A stretch of 64,000 bases of DNA from a virus (Duplodnaviria; Caudoviricetes), in IMG/VR virus record IMGVR_UViG_3300035520_001173, positions 1 to 64,000 of that record; one strand, written 5' to 3'. The translations under genes were made by a program, and so were the position numbers. Below, piece by piece: positions 9,501 to 17,970 of the stretch. The notes under the pieces were generated by a model. The model saw only the letters and a program-made list of their open reading frames with translations, was not told where the DNA came from and did not search any database. Position 1 is the first letter of the stretch. Every line of letters begins with the position of its first letter.

Positions 9501-10530
9501 TGCCATACATAAGGATAAATATGATTATTCAAAATCGACATATACAAAATATGGTGAACCAGTAATCATAACATGTCCTGTGCATGGCGATTTTATACAA
9601 ACACCTGATAAGCACTTAAGTGGTCACGGCTGTCCTAAATGTGGAAACAATCTCTCTAAAGCTGAAATTGAAATCTCCGATTTCTTGAAATCAATTTTAG
9701 GTGAAGATAAAATTATTGAACGAGATAGGACCGTCTTGGAGGGAAGAAAAGAGCTTGATATCTATATCCCTGAAAAGAATTTAGCGATTGAATTCAATGG
9801 CCTAAAATGGCATAGTGAAGAATTTGATAGGAATAATACTTATCATCTTAGTAAGACAAACGAATGTAAAGAAAAAGGAATTCGTTTAATCCAAATTTTC
9901 GAAGATGAATATCGTGACCACAAAAATTTGGTTTTAAATAAGTTAAAACACATTATTGGCGGCGATATTGATTGCCTCGTTATAGGTGCAAGAAAGTGTG
10001 AAATAAGAGAAATTGAAAAGGAAGAGGCTAAATTGTTTTTAGATGAATTTCATATTCAAGGATTTGTTTCCGCAACGGTATATCTTGGTGCTTTTGATAA
10101 AAAAACGAATAAACTTATTGCAATTATGAACTGCAAAGAAGAATCAAGTGGCAATTGGAATCTTTCAAGATTTGCTACTGATACAAGCTATAAACTTCCT
10201 GGTATTGCCTCTAAGATGTTAAAACACTTTATTAATGAATATAAACCAAATGAAATAAAGAGTTTCTTGGACAGAAGATGGAACATTGAAGGCAATAGCA
10301 TGTACGAACAAATCGGTTTTAAATTAGATAAAGTTAGTGGCCCTGATTATATGTACACTGACGGAACTAACAGATACCATAAGTTTGGCTTTAGAAAACA
10401 AACTCTTAACAGAAAATATGGTTTACCTTTAAGCATGACTGAAAATGAAATGACGCAATACTTAGGTTACCATAAAGTTTGGAATTGTGGGCTTGTTAAA
10501 TATGTTTGGAAGAAAGAGAAAAACGTCTAA
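6580..10530 (+). CDS. Very large homing-endonuclease-like protein with two PD-(D/E)xK nuclease plus GNAT-like modules, Zn fingers and six DUF723-like repeats
   Basis: EIDVFIPSENIGIEYNGVRWH and ELDIYIPEKNLAIEFNGLKWH, each followed by a GNAT-like tail ending WDCG/WNCG; CPYC and CAVC fingers; KHLKTHGLTKDEY. The ATG at 6580 is preferred to the track start at 6556, which overlaps the promoter-proximal region. Confidence 0.7.
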   Translation: MINDIQIKNLCEDYINGGHLTPIAEKYGLKQADVKVILKENNIQIRKNRKRGEKIEFVIPDHRIKKYDKVEKGYHWVAVSKSDGTRFYDAENKGGFLTSYIKNTLGILVPPLFERNIYYKTTGNYWWEQYFDVVKEKDKETKKCPYCDWETVDIHNNSGAFLVHLEKTHGLTKVEYLKEHPEDRNYFILANKSLNRHIELDESKFVICAVCGEKFTKLTPKHLKTHGLTKDEYIAKYQKPTLSDDYLGYLTSAMKYRNEFCITPSFSSFAEDTIKEFLLKYEIEGRPDRHILNGKEIDVFIPSENIGIEYNGVRWHGEFFGKKDKDYHLNKTVEAKNNGVNLIQIYEDEYELHGENLLFKLLHIIGKENKLEAIKADACNIKEINQEEASKFINTYDIYDYKCSEINYGAFIDGNIISVISFNNISPKYFELTNISCDYRKNCNAVLRALFEYFLDQYKPSKIECKVDRRLVIEANNICTNLFGFRFSSYISPDYWLTNSHISKYKRFDKSYIENFGLDKYECNTEVLKSKGFDKIWDCGSILYIWGNSNVRKKPMTSQDKLNEFIRKAKLAHPNENLDYSKVEYKTNRTPVCIIDHDLDENAEEYGEFWQTPSNHLRGQSHPRKRTLKIRKQRQTDRDELIRRFKEAHPNDNFDFSKVEYINMHTPVLVIDHTLDALGNEYGEYYVEPNSFLKGLYSAERLKRDRANAAFLKIKEAEAKRKEREEKKRIKEEERLAKTVNKKETKSFYKGHKGTLEEFIINAKVVHPDENLDYSKATYVDEKTPICIIDHDLDKDGNEYGEYWQEPYAHMCGCGHPRKSWDRSSDLRRKNREQVIEEIKAAHPDEDLDFSKMEYINNKVPVTIIDHTLDGLGKEYGEYQVLVTSFTKKGSRAFAKVQRDAYVNFIKKAKEIHGDKDDYSEVEYASRTTPVKIICKEHGPYYQTINAHLAGCRCPKCANQKLTLTTDEFIKRATAIHKDKYDYSKSTYTKYGEPVIITCPVHGDFIQTPDKHLSGHGCPKCGNNLSKAEIEISDFLKSILGEDKIIERDRTVLEGRKELDIYIPEKNLAIEFNGLKWHSEEFDRNNTYHLSKTNECKEKGIRLIQIFEDEYRDHKNLVLNKLKHIIGGDIDCLVIGARKCEIREIEKEEAKLFLDEFHIQGFVSATVYLGAFDKKTNKLIAIMNCKEESSGNWNLSRFATDTSYKLPGIASKMLKHFINEYKPNEIKSFLDRRWNIEGNSMYEQIGFKLDKVSGPDYMYTDGTNRYHKFGFRKQTLNRKYGLPLSMTENEMTQYLGYHKVWNCGLVKYVWKKEKNV

Positions 10531-10602
10531 CTTTCAGATTAAGAAGATATTTATGAGTACGGGGTTTCATAAAAATAAATAGACCTCGTACTTTTTATTC
10601 CT

Positions 10603-11646
10603 ATGAAAAGAGTATTAATTAACGAAGGTGCTGAAAGTCGTAATATGTCGGCTGCAAAGCATTATTTATATAAATTAGGTTTTGATGAAGCTAAAGCGTT
10701 AAAGTTTATCGGTGCTGTTAAAACCGATATTCCAAATGTAAGGCTTCAGAAATGCAAGTTTATCTTGGGTGTTGTTAGGATGGCCAAGGAAGGGCAACTT
10801 ACTGATGGTCCATCTATTCTTGCTTTGAATAAGACGCTTAAATTAGTTGCCAACGAAACACATGTTAATGAATATAATCAAGACCTAAATGGAATGTCTT
10901 GTGAAGAACTCGTCAACCGTTTCAAAGGGGCTGCTGTACAAGATTTGCAAGATAGAAAGGCCCAAACAGGGAATCAAAAATTTAGCGGCCAAAGTGATTA
11001 CAATATTGTAAGAATTACTTCTTTTGAAGAAGCCGAAAGCTATGGTGACTATGTAGATTGGTGTGTAACCCATGACGATGACATGTATAACAACTACACT
11101 CATGGTGGTATGGGACTTTTTTACTTCTGCCTTAAAAACGGTTTTGAAAATGTAGAAGAAGTAAAAGGTGAAGGGTGCCCATTAGATGAGTATGGACTAT
11201 CAATGATTGCTGTATCTGTCAATGAAGACGGTTCTTGTAATACAATCACTTGCAGATGGAATCATGCTAATGGCGGCAATGACAATATCATGACCGATGT
11301 AGAATTGTCCAAGGTTATCAACAGAGATTTCTACAAAACATTTTTACCCTATAGTCCTGAAGAAATAAGGAAAAAACGTTCAGAAATTGTAGGCCTATTT
11401 AAACAGTGGGTTTCCAACGAAGATTGCTTTTACAACATAGATGATGATTATTATTCAGCTTCTTATGAGTATTGCAATGTTGATAATACTGATGGCGAAT
11501 TAAGAGACGAAAATGATGAACCATATTACGATAGTTACGGAAACATAAAAGACGAAGTAACTAAATTCATTATCATACAATCAGATTTCTGTGATATTAT
11601 AGAAGATATCATTGGTAGTGATAAGTATATGATATATGATATATGA
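10603..11646 (+). CDS. Hypothetical late protein; probably the N-terminal half of a gene split by a 7-bp repeat
   Basis: Late motif TATTTAT at 10548; N-terminus MKRVLINEG; DWCVT-containing domain; ends MIYDI* inside the repeat. Confidence 0.6.
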   Translation: MKRVLINEGAESRNMSAAKHYLYKLGFDEAKALKFIGAVKTDIPNVRLQKCKFILGVVRMAKEGQLTDGPSILALNKTLKLVANETHVNEYNQDLNGMSCEELVNRFKGAAVQDLQDRKAQTGNQKFSGQSDYNIVRITSFEEAESYGDYVDWCVTHDDDMYNNYTHGGMGLFYFCLKNGFENVEEVKGEGCPLDEYGLSMIAVSVNEDGSCNTITCRWNHANGGNDNIMTDVELSKVINRDFYKTFLPYSPEEIRKKRSEIVGLFKQWVSNEDCFYNIDDDYYSASYEYCNVDNTDGELRDENDEPYYDSYGNIKDEVTKFIIIQSDFCDIIEDIIGSDKYMIYDI

Positions 11647-11647
11647 T
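11627..11647 (+). repeat. (ATATGAT)x3 tandem repeat at the junction of two overlapping ORFs
   Basis: Three exact 7-bp copies at 11627-33, 11634-40 and 11641-47; two copies would fuse the ORFs in frame. Confidence 0.9.
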
Positions 11648-12886
11648 GTGCGGACGCAAGAACCTATAATTGATGAGATTTTTGATGACGTACATGCTTG
11701 GAAGAACAATGTTGGATTTGTTGTAAAATTGGGCAAGAAAGAAAACCTACTTAGAGAAGACGGTACCTATGCATGGGATGGAGAATGGTTTGATAAGGTA
11801 ATGAACTATGGCTCTACCTCAATGGTATTTCTTGATAGTAAGTTCGCATTACTTGATGTTAAAAACAAACGAATTATTAACAATACATGGTTTAAGGCCA
11901 TAAAACCATTAGTAAATGGAATTTTTGTTTGTTATGCTGACGATTCAACCTTAATCTTGAACTCGGCAGGGCAAACATTGGTTAACGGAATTGTTGAAGC
12001 CAAAAAAGTCAGTGAAGTAATTATAGTTAAATGGCCTGATAGGAAATCCCAATGTTATAGACTTTCTGATGATGGTAAAGGACTATTGCCCTTATCTTCA
12101 ATGAGATTTAACCAATGTACAGGTTTTAGAAATATTCAAGGTAGAGAGTTTTATGCTGCTAAGTTAGATTGGCATGAATACTATATGGATATTCAAGGAA
12201 GAAAAACTTATGTTAAAAATGGTGAAGGCTATAAAATGATAGAAGACCTTGGAAGTCATGATGCCGATAAATATAAAATCAGAAACCAACAGATAAATAA
12301 TAATCCGACAAAAAGCTTCTCTGCAAGAGACTATATAAAAGAAAATAAAAAGAAAAGTAATTTTCAAATGAAAAAGAATAATATATTAAACGAAGCAAAG
12401 CTGAATAAGCTTATTAAAGAGAGCATTAAGAAAGTTCTTAAAGAGAATCAAGAGTATCCCGAAGAACTTTATCAAATAGGTAGAGAATTGCAGGAAATAA
12501 ACGTAAAATTAAGCCGTTTAAGCGGCCAATATCGCTTTGAGGATAAAGACACTTATGAAGTAATTAGAAGTCTTCAAAATCAATTAAATGGCGTCTGTGG
12601 AGACTTAAACACATATGGTATTTCAAGTTATTTGAATGAGGGATTTGAAAGGACTTATAATCAGGCTAAAGATGATTATTTCAAAAGAGAGCCTCATGGT
12701 ATGTGGGGAATGGAATTAAAAAATCCTGAAGGCGAATGGGAATATGGCGACATTAATTACGACCCTAAGGCACAAACTATGAGTTGTATGGGCGCTACTA
12801 TTCAGGTAGACCCTGATATGACGGTAGTCCAAAATCTTGAAGCTCTGTACGACGAGTTAGTCAATCAAGGCTACGGGCAGGATTAA
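11636..12886 (+). CDS. Hypothetical protein; probable C-terminal half of 10603, with an internal tagged segment from 12368
   Basis: Starts MIYDV inside the repeat; internal MKKNNILNEAKLNKLIKESIKKVLKE. Confidence 0.55.
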   Translation: MIYDVRTQEPIIDEIFDDVHAWKNNVGFVVKLGKKENLLREDGTYAWDGEWFDKVMNYGSTSMVFLDSKFALLDVKNKRIINNTWFKAIKPLVNGIFVCYADDSTLILNSAGQTLVNGIVEAKKVSEVIIVKWPDRKSQCYRLSDDGKGLLPLSSMRFNQCTGFRNIQGREFYAAKLDWHEYYMDIQGRKTYVKNGEGYKMIEDLGSHDADKYKIRNQQINNNPTKSFSARDYIKENKKKSNFQMKKNNILNEAKLNKLIKESIKKVLKENQEYPEELYQIGRELQEINVKLSRLSGQYRFEDKDTYEVIRSLQNQLNGVCGDLNTYGISSYLNEGFERTYNQAKDDYFKREPHGMWGMELKNPEGEWEYGDINYDPKAQTMSCMGATIQVDPDMTVVQNLEALYDELVNQGYGQD

Positions 12887-12917
12887 GACAAAGAATTTTA
12901 GGCAATATTATAAAATT

Positions 12918-12958
12918 AGAGGATAATTAGCTTTTAAGGCCTTATCCTCTTTTTTTTT
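12918..12958. terminator. Terminator between convergent genes
   Basis: AGAGGATAA...TTATCCTCT plus T tract. Confidence 0.7.
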
Positions 12959-12983
12959 ATTTTTATATATTTGTTATTGATGG

Positions 12984-13121
12984 CTACCTTGCAGGGCGTT
13001 TGATTATTCTCCTTTTACGAGAAGATGTAGAAGTTGAAGGAGCTTTAGCCCCATTAGTAGTTCTTTTAGTAACTTGTTTAGAAGATACTGTTCTAACTTT
13101 TGAATTACATCCGCAGCTCAT
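12984..13121 (-). CDS. 45-aa basic peptide (MSCGC...), absent from the ORF track
   Basis: MSCGCNSKVRTVSSKQVTKRTTNGAKAPSTSTSSRKRRIIKRPAR*; late motif TATTTAT on the minus strand at 13151-13157; terminator downstream. Confidence 0.65.
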   Translation of the reverse strand: MSCGCNSKVRTVSSKQVTKRTTNGAKAPSTSTSSRKRRIIKRPAR

Positions 13122-13271
13122 TTGTGGAATTTGTTTCTATTTTCTAAACTATAAATATAGGATAGGGCGTTAAATTTAATTATTCTCATTCTTAAATGCG
13201 ATTTTTGCAAAAAAATTGTCAGAATCCTGATATTAAATTTGAATTTTGAACTTTTTTAAACATTTAAAGCG

Positions 13272-13616
13272 ATGGTTATTACAGTTTATATCATAATTGC
13301 AGCATTACTTGCATGGCAGATATATGAAACCAAAACCTCATTATCGAAAAAGATTAGTAAGAAAACCGAATTGATTTGTGAACAGACCGATGCAATTCAG
13401 AATGATTGCCATTTTCGTGGTTTAACATTGAGAATTGGGAAGGAAAACATCCATTACATATTAGGTAATGACTACAAAAGTTATATAGTTTGTGCTTTGA
13501 TATTAAAAGGCAGCTCTGCCATTTCTATTATTCTTAAAACATATAATACAGAAGATAAAGAATATAACGAAATGTGCGCTAAAGAATTAGTTGCTTTATT
13601 AACGGAAACCTATTAG
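13272..13616 (+). CDS. Hypothetical protein with N-terminal membrane anchor
   Basis: Hydrophobic VITVYIIIAALLAW. Confidence 0.55.
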   Translation: MVITVYIIIAALLAWQIYETKTSLSKKISKKTELICEQTDAIQNDCHFRGLTLRIGKENIHYILGNDYKSYIVCALILKGSSAISIILKTYNTEDKEYNEMCAKELVALLTETY

Positions 13617-13667
13617 TTATGTTCTTCTGCTTTTTATTTTATATATTGATTATTATGTACAATAACA

Positions 13668-13850
13668 ATGGAAAAATTACGAAACTTTTTTATTAGTCTG
13701 TTATTGGTAATTGGCGCAGCGTTAATCATTGGCAGTATATTAACTTTATTGTTCAAAATCCATACTATTGTTGGCTTAATAGGTTGTGGTTTTATTTTGA
13801 TTGCATTCGCTATTTGTATTGCTGACTATCATAATAGTAAAAATTTTTGA
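13668..13850 (+). CDS. Small two-TM membrane protein
   Basis: Two hydrophobic stretches in 60 aa. Confidence 0.6.
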   Translation: MEKLRNFFISLLLVIGAALIIGSILTLLFKIHTIVGLIGCGFILIAFAICIADYHNSKNF

Positions 13851-13857
13851 TAGAAAA

Positions 13858-13889
13858 TTTGGATTGTAGGAATTTTTTACATATCTTTG
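13858..13889 (+). promoter_or_regulatory. Bacteroidota-type primary-sigma promoter driving the accessory operon
   Basis: TTTG (13858) -20 nt- TATCTTTG (13882). Confidence 0.8.
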
Positions 13890-13910
13890 CATCAACTAAA
13901 GAACTTAATT

Positions 13911-14285
13911 ATGATAACACTAATCGAAGGGACAAGCATAACTAACTTCAAAGATATTGATTCTGTATCAGATGGCTATCATACCTTTGATGAACTCTAC
14001 GAGTTTAGGAAAGTCTATAATGCAGCTTTCTTTAATGCATTGGCTAAGGAAGGCAAAGTGCAGGTGCTTAAATCTAAAAAACATTCAAATGGAACCGTGC
14101 CATTTGGCGGTGGGTGGTTCATTGTTCAAGCTGAATTGCCATCAGGACAAATCTCTAACCATTACAAAATTGAGGATTGGAATTTATTCAATATTCCTGA
14201 AGTAGAATTGGCTAATGAATACGACGGCCATACTTCTAAGGATGTAGTTAAGCGTATTAAAAATTATCTTTTAAATTTTAAATAA
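13911..14285 (+). CDS. WDGH-domain-like protein
   Basis: VSDGYHTFDELY...KSKKHSNG...WFIV...QISNHY...YDGHTS. ATG 13911 is preferred because the track's TTG start lies inside the promoter. Confidence 0.6.
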   Translation: MITLIEGTSITNFKDIDSVSDGYHTFDELYEFRKVYNAAFFNALAKEGKVQVLKSKKHSNGTVPFGGGWFIVQAELPSGQISNHYKIEDWNLFNIPEVELANEYDGHTSKDVVKRIKNYLLNFK

Positions 14286-14288
14286 AAC

Positions 14289-14744
14289 ATGGACATTGAA
14301 GGCTCTGATATGGTTAATACTGTTTATCCAACCCCGCAATGGATAAAAGATATTGGCTGCGAGATAGCCAAGCTTGTTAATGTAGATGACGTTATTACAA
14401 AATGCTGCATTACAGGGACAATCACTAAAGGTTTGAGAAAACACAAAAAAGATTTCCTTGAAACTCCTAAGGTTTTAGCTAATGAAGATTTTCTTCGCCC
14501 TCATGCTCGGGAGGGAACTGGTCATAAAGATAGCCACGGTAATGAGATAATCGAAGGTGATATACTTTCCAATATGAACAGTGGTGAACTTTGCCTTGTT
14601 TCTTATTCTGAAACTGATGGTAGATATATCCTTAAAAGAAGAAAGCGTAAGAACATAATTCTCACTCCGTCAAGGGCTGAAAATTATGAGAAAACCGTTG
14701 GAAATTTATATTCAATTTTTAAATTAAGTAAACTTTTTGAATAA
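14289..14744 (+). CDS. YopX-like protein
   Basis: TGHKDSHGNEIIEGDIL...VGNLY. Confidence 0.55.
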   Translation: MDIEGSDMVNTVYPTPQWIKDIGCEIAKLVNVDDVITKCCITGTITKGLRKHKKDFLETPKVLANEDFLRPHAREGTGHKDSHGNEIIEGDILSNMNSGELCLVSYSETDGRYILKRRKRKNIILTPSRAENYEKTVGNLYSIFKLSKLFE

Positions 14745-14750
14745 TAAGTT

Positions 14751-15115
14751 ATGATAACAAAAACAACTTCAATAACACAAGATTTATATCTTCTTGAACA
14801 TGGCATAGATAGAGGCACAGCTGACATGTCATGGCAAGAAGTGAAAGATGAAACTGACAATACATCACGTGAAATTTATTTTCTTTCGAACTGCAAAAAT
14901 AACGGTGAAATACCCGCATAAACTTGCTTCCAAAAGAAATAAAGACCACTGACAATGATTACGAGCTCACCATTACATTTAGAGAGCATAGTTGTGATGT
15001 TGCTTATGTAAACGGAAGAGAACTTTATCATTGCGCTATGCTCTACGATGATTTAGTCGAAGCTATTATAACAGTAATTCTTAGTGTTAAGAAAGATGAA
15101 AACGCTAAAATTTAG
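14751..15115 (+). pseudogene. Disrupted gene of the T..EQS..L.E.G..TADM / AWSL..LLP family
   Basis: MITKTTSITQDLYLLEHGIDRGTADMSW...GEIPA* (TAA 14919-21), then LLPKEIK in another frame from 14924; the WSLSAL segment is missing. Confidence 0.65.
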
Positions 15116-15479
15116 AGGTAAGAATGTTAATGGTGGTGAGTGGGTCTATGGAGCCTTGCAACACTCATACAACGACTGTGTATGTATCTTTAATCATGAT
15201 AAAAGCCCGTATCAATTTGGGGTTGTACCTGAAACCGTAGGACAATCAACTGGATTATACGATGCGAATGGTGTTGAGATTTTCGAAGGGGATATTCTTC
15301 GTTCAGGCTCAATACTTGATTTTGAAGTATATTGGAATCAGGAAAAGGCCTCGTACTGTACTAAGAATGGTATTGCACCTGATGGTTCGTTCCTGCTTTG
15401 TGATGTATTCATGTTTTACTCCGACGCTGTAGTAGTAGGCAGTATTCACGATGACCCCAATCTATTAAAACAATCTTAG
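15096..15479 (+). CDS. YopX-family protein
   Basis: MKTLKFRGK...WVYG...VGQSTGLYDANGVEIFEGDIL...VVGSIHDDP. Confidence 0.8.
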   Translation: MKTLKFRGKNVNGGEWVYGALQHSYNDCVCIFNHDKSPYQFGVVPETVGQSTGLYDANGVEIFEGDILRSGSILDFEVYWNQEKASYCTKNGIAPDGSFLLCDVFMFYSDAVVVGSIHDDPNLLKQS

Positions 15480-15490
15480 TTAAATAAAAT

Positions 15491-15884
15491 ATGACACAAA
15501 CTGCAACAACATTAGAACAAAGTAAAATCTTACTTGAAATAGGTATCAAACGGACTACCGCAGATATGCGGTGGGAATGTAATACTGTTGGTGTGCCTAC
15601 ATACGATAGTCTAAGTCCACATATCTATTTTTCTGAAAGCAGATGATGAATGTGGCATGTATGATGTCTCAGCATGGTCTTTATCTGCTTTAATACACTT
15701 ATTGCCTGAATATATTGATATTGAACAGCGATATGAACTTGATATTACTATTCATAATGGCATGTATAGTATAATGTATAAAGATAATTACACATCAATT
15801 AGTTACTATGTAACTGAATACACCGATATTTTTGAAGCGATAATAGCAATGTTGGAAAAATTAAAATTAGAGACGAAAAAATGA
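15491..15884 (+). pseudogene. Paralog of 14751, frameshifted at a T5 run
   Basis: MTQTATTLEQSKILLEIGIKRTTADMRW...; removing one T at 15628-32 joins it to ...YDVSAWSLSALIHLLPEYI (ORF 15657). Confidence 0.7.
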
Positions 15885-16102
15885 AATTTGAAATAGATTC
15901 CACCTTAGGCGAATTCGATAAATATACCGATGGACTTAAAGCTAATGGTTTTAATATTTCATACGAAGGGCCTTTAGCTTACGTTGAAATCAATAGCTTG
16001 GAGCAATTACTTCAACTGCGTAGCATAGTAGGTAATTCTATTATTATAGGCGGTGGCCCCAATTACCTTGAAATAGAAATTTATGATTATTACCGAGAAT
16101 AG
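15881..16102 (+). CDS. Hypothetical phage protein
   Basis: ATGA-coupled to the upstream gene; YVEINSLEQL...IEIYDYYRE. Confidence 0.65.
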   Translation: MKFEIDSTLGEFDKYTDGLKANGFNISYEGPLAYVEINSLEQLLQLRSIVGNSIIIGGGPNYLEIEIYDYYRE

Positions 16103-16104
16103 TT

Positions 16105-16512
16105 ATGAGAATGAACAAATTCCGTGGCAAAAGTGGCGATGAGTGGGTCTATGGATACTTAAGCACCTCTATTTATGGCACATATGGCATAATAGACTTT
16201 TACGGTGAATTCATTGAAGTTGATTTAGATTCTATAGGCCAATACACAGGCGTGAAAGATGTTATCGGAAACGAAATTTATGAAGGCGATATTGTTAAAC
16301 ATCACACAACTAAAGCTGTATCTGAAGTTCTGTGGGATGATGAATTAGGCTCTTTCGTTTTAAGAACACATCTCCCAACGATTAATAAGGTATTTACGAG
16401 TAATGAACCTATTGGCTTGAAATTAAAACCGATTTCAAATATTACTGTCATTGGCAATACCTTTGACAATTTTATAGAAACGAATAGAGATAAAAATCAA
16501 TCAGAAAAATGA
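16105..16512 (+). CDS. YopX-family protein
   Basis: KFRGK...WVYG...IGQYTGVKDVIGNEIYEGDIV...VIGNTFDN. Confidence 0.8.
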   Translation: MRMNKFRGKSGDEWVYGYLSTSIYGTYGIIDFYGEFIEVDLDSIGQYTGVKDVIGNEIYEGDIVKHHTTKAVSEVLWDDELGSFVLRTHLPTINKVFTSNEPIGLKLKPISNITVIGNTFDNFIETNRDKNQSEK

Positions 16513-16862
16513 GAAACTATAAAATAGAAAAACTTGAAAAAGGAGAGGTTGTTATCTCAAGAGAACCAGGAAATTCTATGACTCCGATTCTAAAATCAAG
16601 AGAGCCTGTAATTTTAGTGCCTGAAACTGATTGGAATAATTTCAAGAAAGGCGATATTGCCTACATTAAAATCCACGGCAATTTTTACACACATTTAGTA
16701 TACGCTGTTGATAAAGAAAAAGGCCTACAAATTGGTAATAACCATGGCCATGTGCAGGGATGGACTAAGAAGGTTTATGCTAAGGCTGAATTAATCCCAA
16801 GCGAGTGGTTGAATAAAGCCGAAGAATATTTAGAATTAAGGCTAAAAGAACATAGAAACTAA
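16509..16862 (+). CDS. S24/S26-like serine peptidase domain protein
   Basis: GNSMTPILKS (Ser nucleophile motif), GDIAYI...YTHLV, GNNHG. Confidence 0.55.
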   Translation: MRNYKIEKLEKGEVVISREPGNSMTPILKSREPVILVPETDWNNFKKGDIAYIKIHGNFYTHLVYAVDKEKGLQIGNNHGHVQGWTKKVYAKAELIPSEWLNKAEEYLELRLKEHRN

Positions 16863-16863
16863 T

Positions 16864-17076
16864 ATGACATCAAACCCAAGAACAATTGCTTTGCAAGCGA
16901 TGATGGAACGGCAACAACTCAAAGATGGGCAATCGTTAGAGCCAATAGAAATAGACGACACCACAGAAATAGTTAGCAATTTTGTATCATCAATTATTAA
17001 TGGCATGAAACCTTTGGAAGGCGAATTACAAAAAATTGTTGATAGCAACTTTTGGAGTTTAATTGAAACAAAATAG
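16864..17076 (+). CDS. Hypothetical protein
   Basis: Tightly packed in the operon. Confidence 0.55.
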   Translation: MTSNPRTIALQAMMERQQLKDGQSLEPIEIDDTTEIVSNFVSSIINGMKPLEGELQKIVDSNFWSLIETK

Positions 17077-17544
17077 ATGATGGAAAAAGATAATTTAAAA
17101 CTCTTCAATAACGAAGAAATTCAAAAGAAATACGACAAGCTTCAAGAACAGGCCAACGAAATATACTCTAAAGTTGGTGCGATTTATGCTGAACAAGAAA
17201 AATTGTTCAGCCAAGTAGTTAATTTGAAAGGGAAATATGTTTATTTCAAGGACTCAAATGTTTACTTATATGTTGGTACTCAATTTTATGGCTCAGGAAT
17301 GCTGACTGTGAGAGGCTTTGGTTTTAAATCTTCATTCTCACCATATGCAGACGATAATTATTTTGAATGGGATGCTTTCAAAAGTATTGACATTCATATT
17401 ACAAGGTGTCATACATTTGAAGATGTAATGAAGGATATCGAAATCATTACTGAAGATAGGTTTAATCAAGCGTTCAAAGAGGCCTATGATAAAACCATTG
17501 AAGCAAAAAATAAATTTATAGAATATTGGGAAAAAGAACAATAG
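17077..17544 (+). CDS. Hypothetical protein (GKY...ITE.EF family)
   Basis: LKGKYVYF...EIITEDRFNQAF; paralogous to 17554 and 19620. Confidence 0.65.
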   Translation: MMEKDNLKLFNNEEIQKKYDKLQEQANEIYSKVGAIYAEQEKLFSQVVNLKGKYVYFKDSNVYLYVGTQFYGSGMLTVRGFGFKSSFSPYADDNYFEWDAFKSIDIHITRCHTFEDVMKDIEIITEDRFNQAFKEAYDKTIEAKNKFIEYWEKEQ

Positions 17545-17553
17545 AGCTATATC

Positions 17554-17970
17554 ATGGATGAGGTTGTTAAAAAACCAATGGAGCAAGTTCTTTCTGAAAT
17601 TGAAATGTTATTGTCACAGCATAAAACACTTAATTCTCTTAAAGAACAAATAGAGGATGCAATTGCTACCAATGAAGACAATATTGTTTACAAAAGAGAT
17701 GTCATTGCGAATTACTATTTAGGTAAATACATTAAATGCCAAAACGAAGATGGTATATGTTATGTATTTGCCGAACATGTTTTTCTTAAAGAAGACAGAA
17801 TTGAGTTTTGCGGTGATATTATAGACGATGGATATACATCTTCAAAAGAGAAAGTTCTCTATTATAGCATAACATTTTATGTACAGGCCATAGCTAATTT
17901 TGAACTCATTTCCAAGGAGGAATTTGAAACCGAATTTAAAAGAATTTTTAACAAAGAATACAAACGATGA
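17554..17970 (+). CDS. Hypothetical protein (GKY...ISKEEF family)
   Basis: YLGKYIK...ELISKEEFETEF. Confidence 0.65.
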   Translation: MDEVVKKPMEQVLSEIEMLLSQHKTLNSLKEQIEDAIATNEDNIVYKRDVIANYYLGKYIKCQNEDGICYVFAEHVFLKEDRIEFCGDIIDDGYTSSKEKVLYYSITFYVQAIANFELISKEEFETEFKRIFNKEYKR

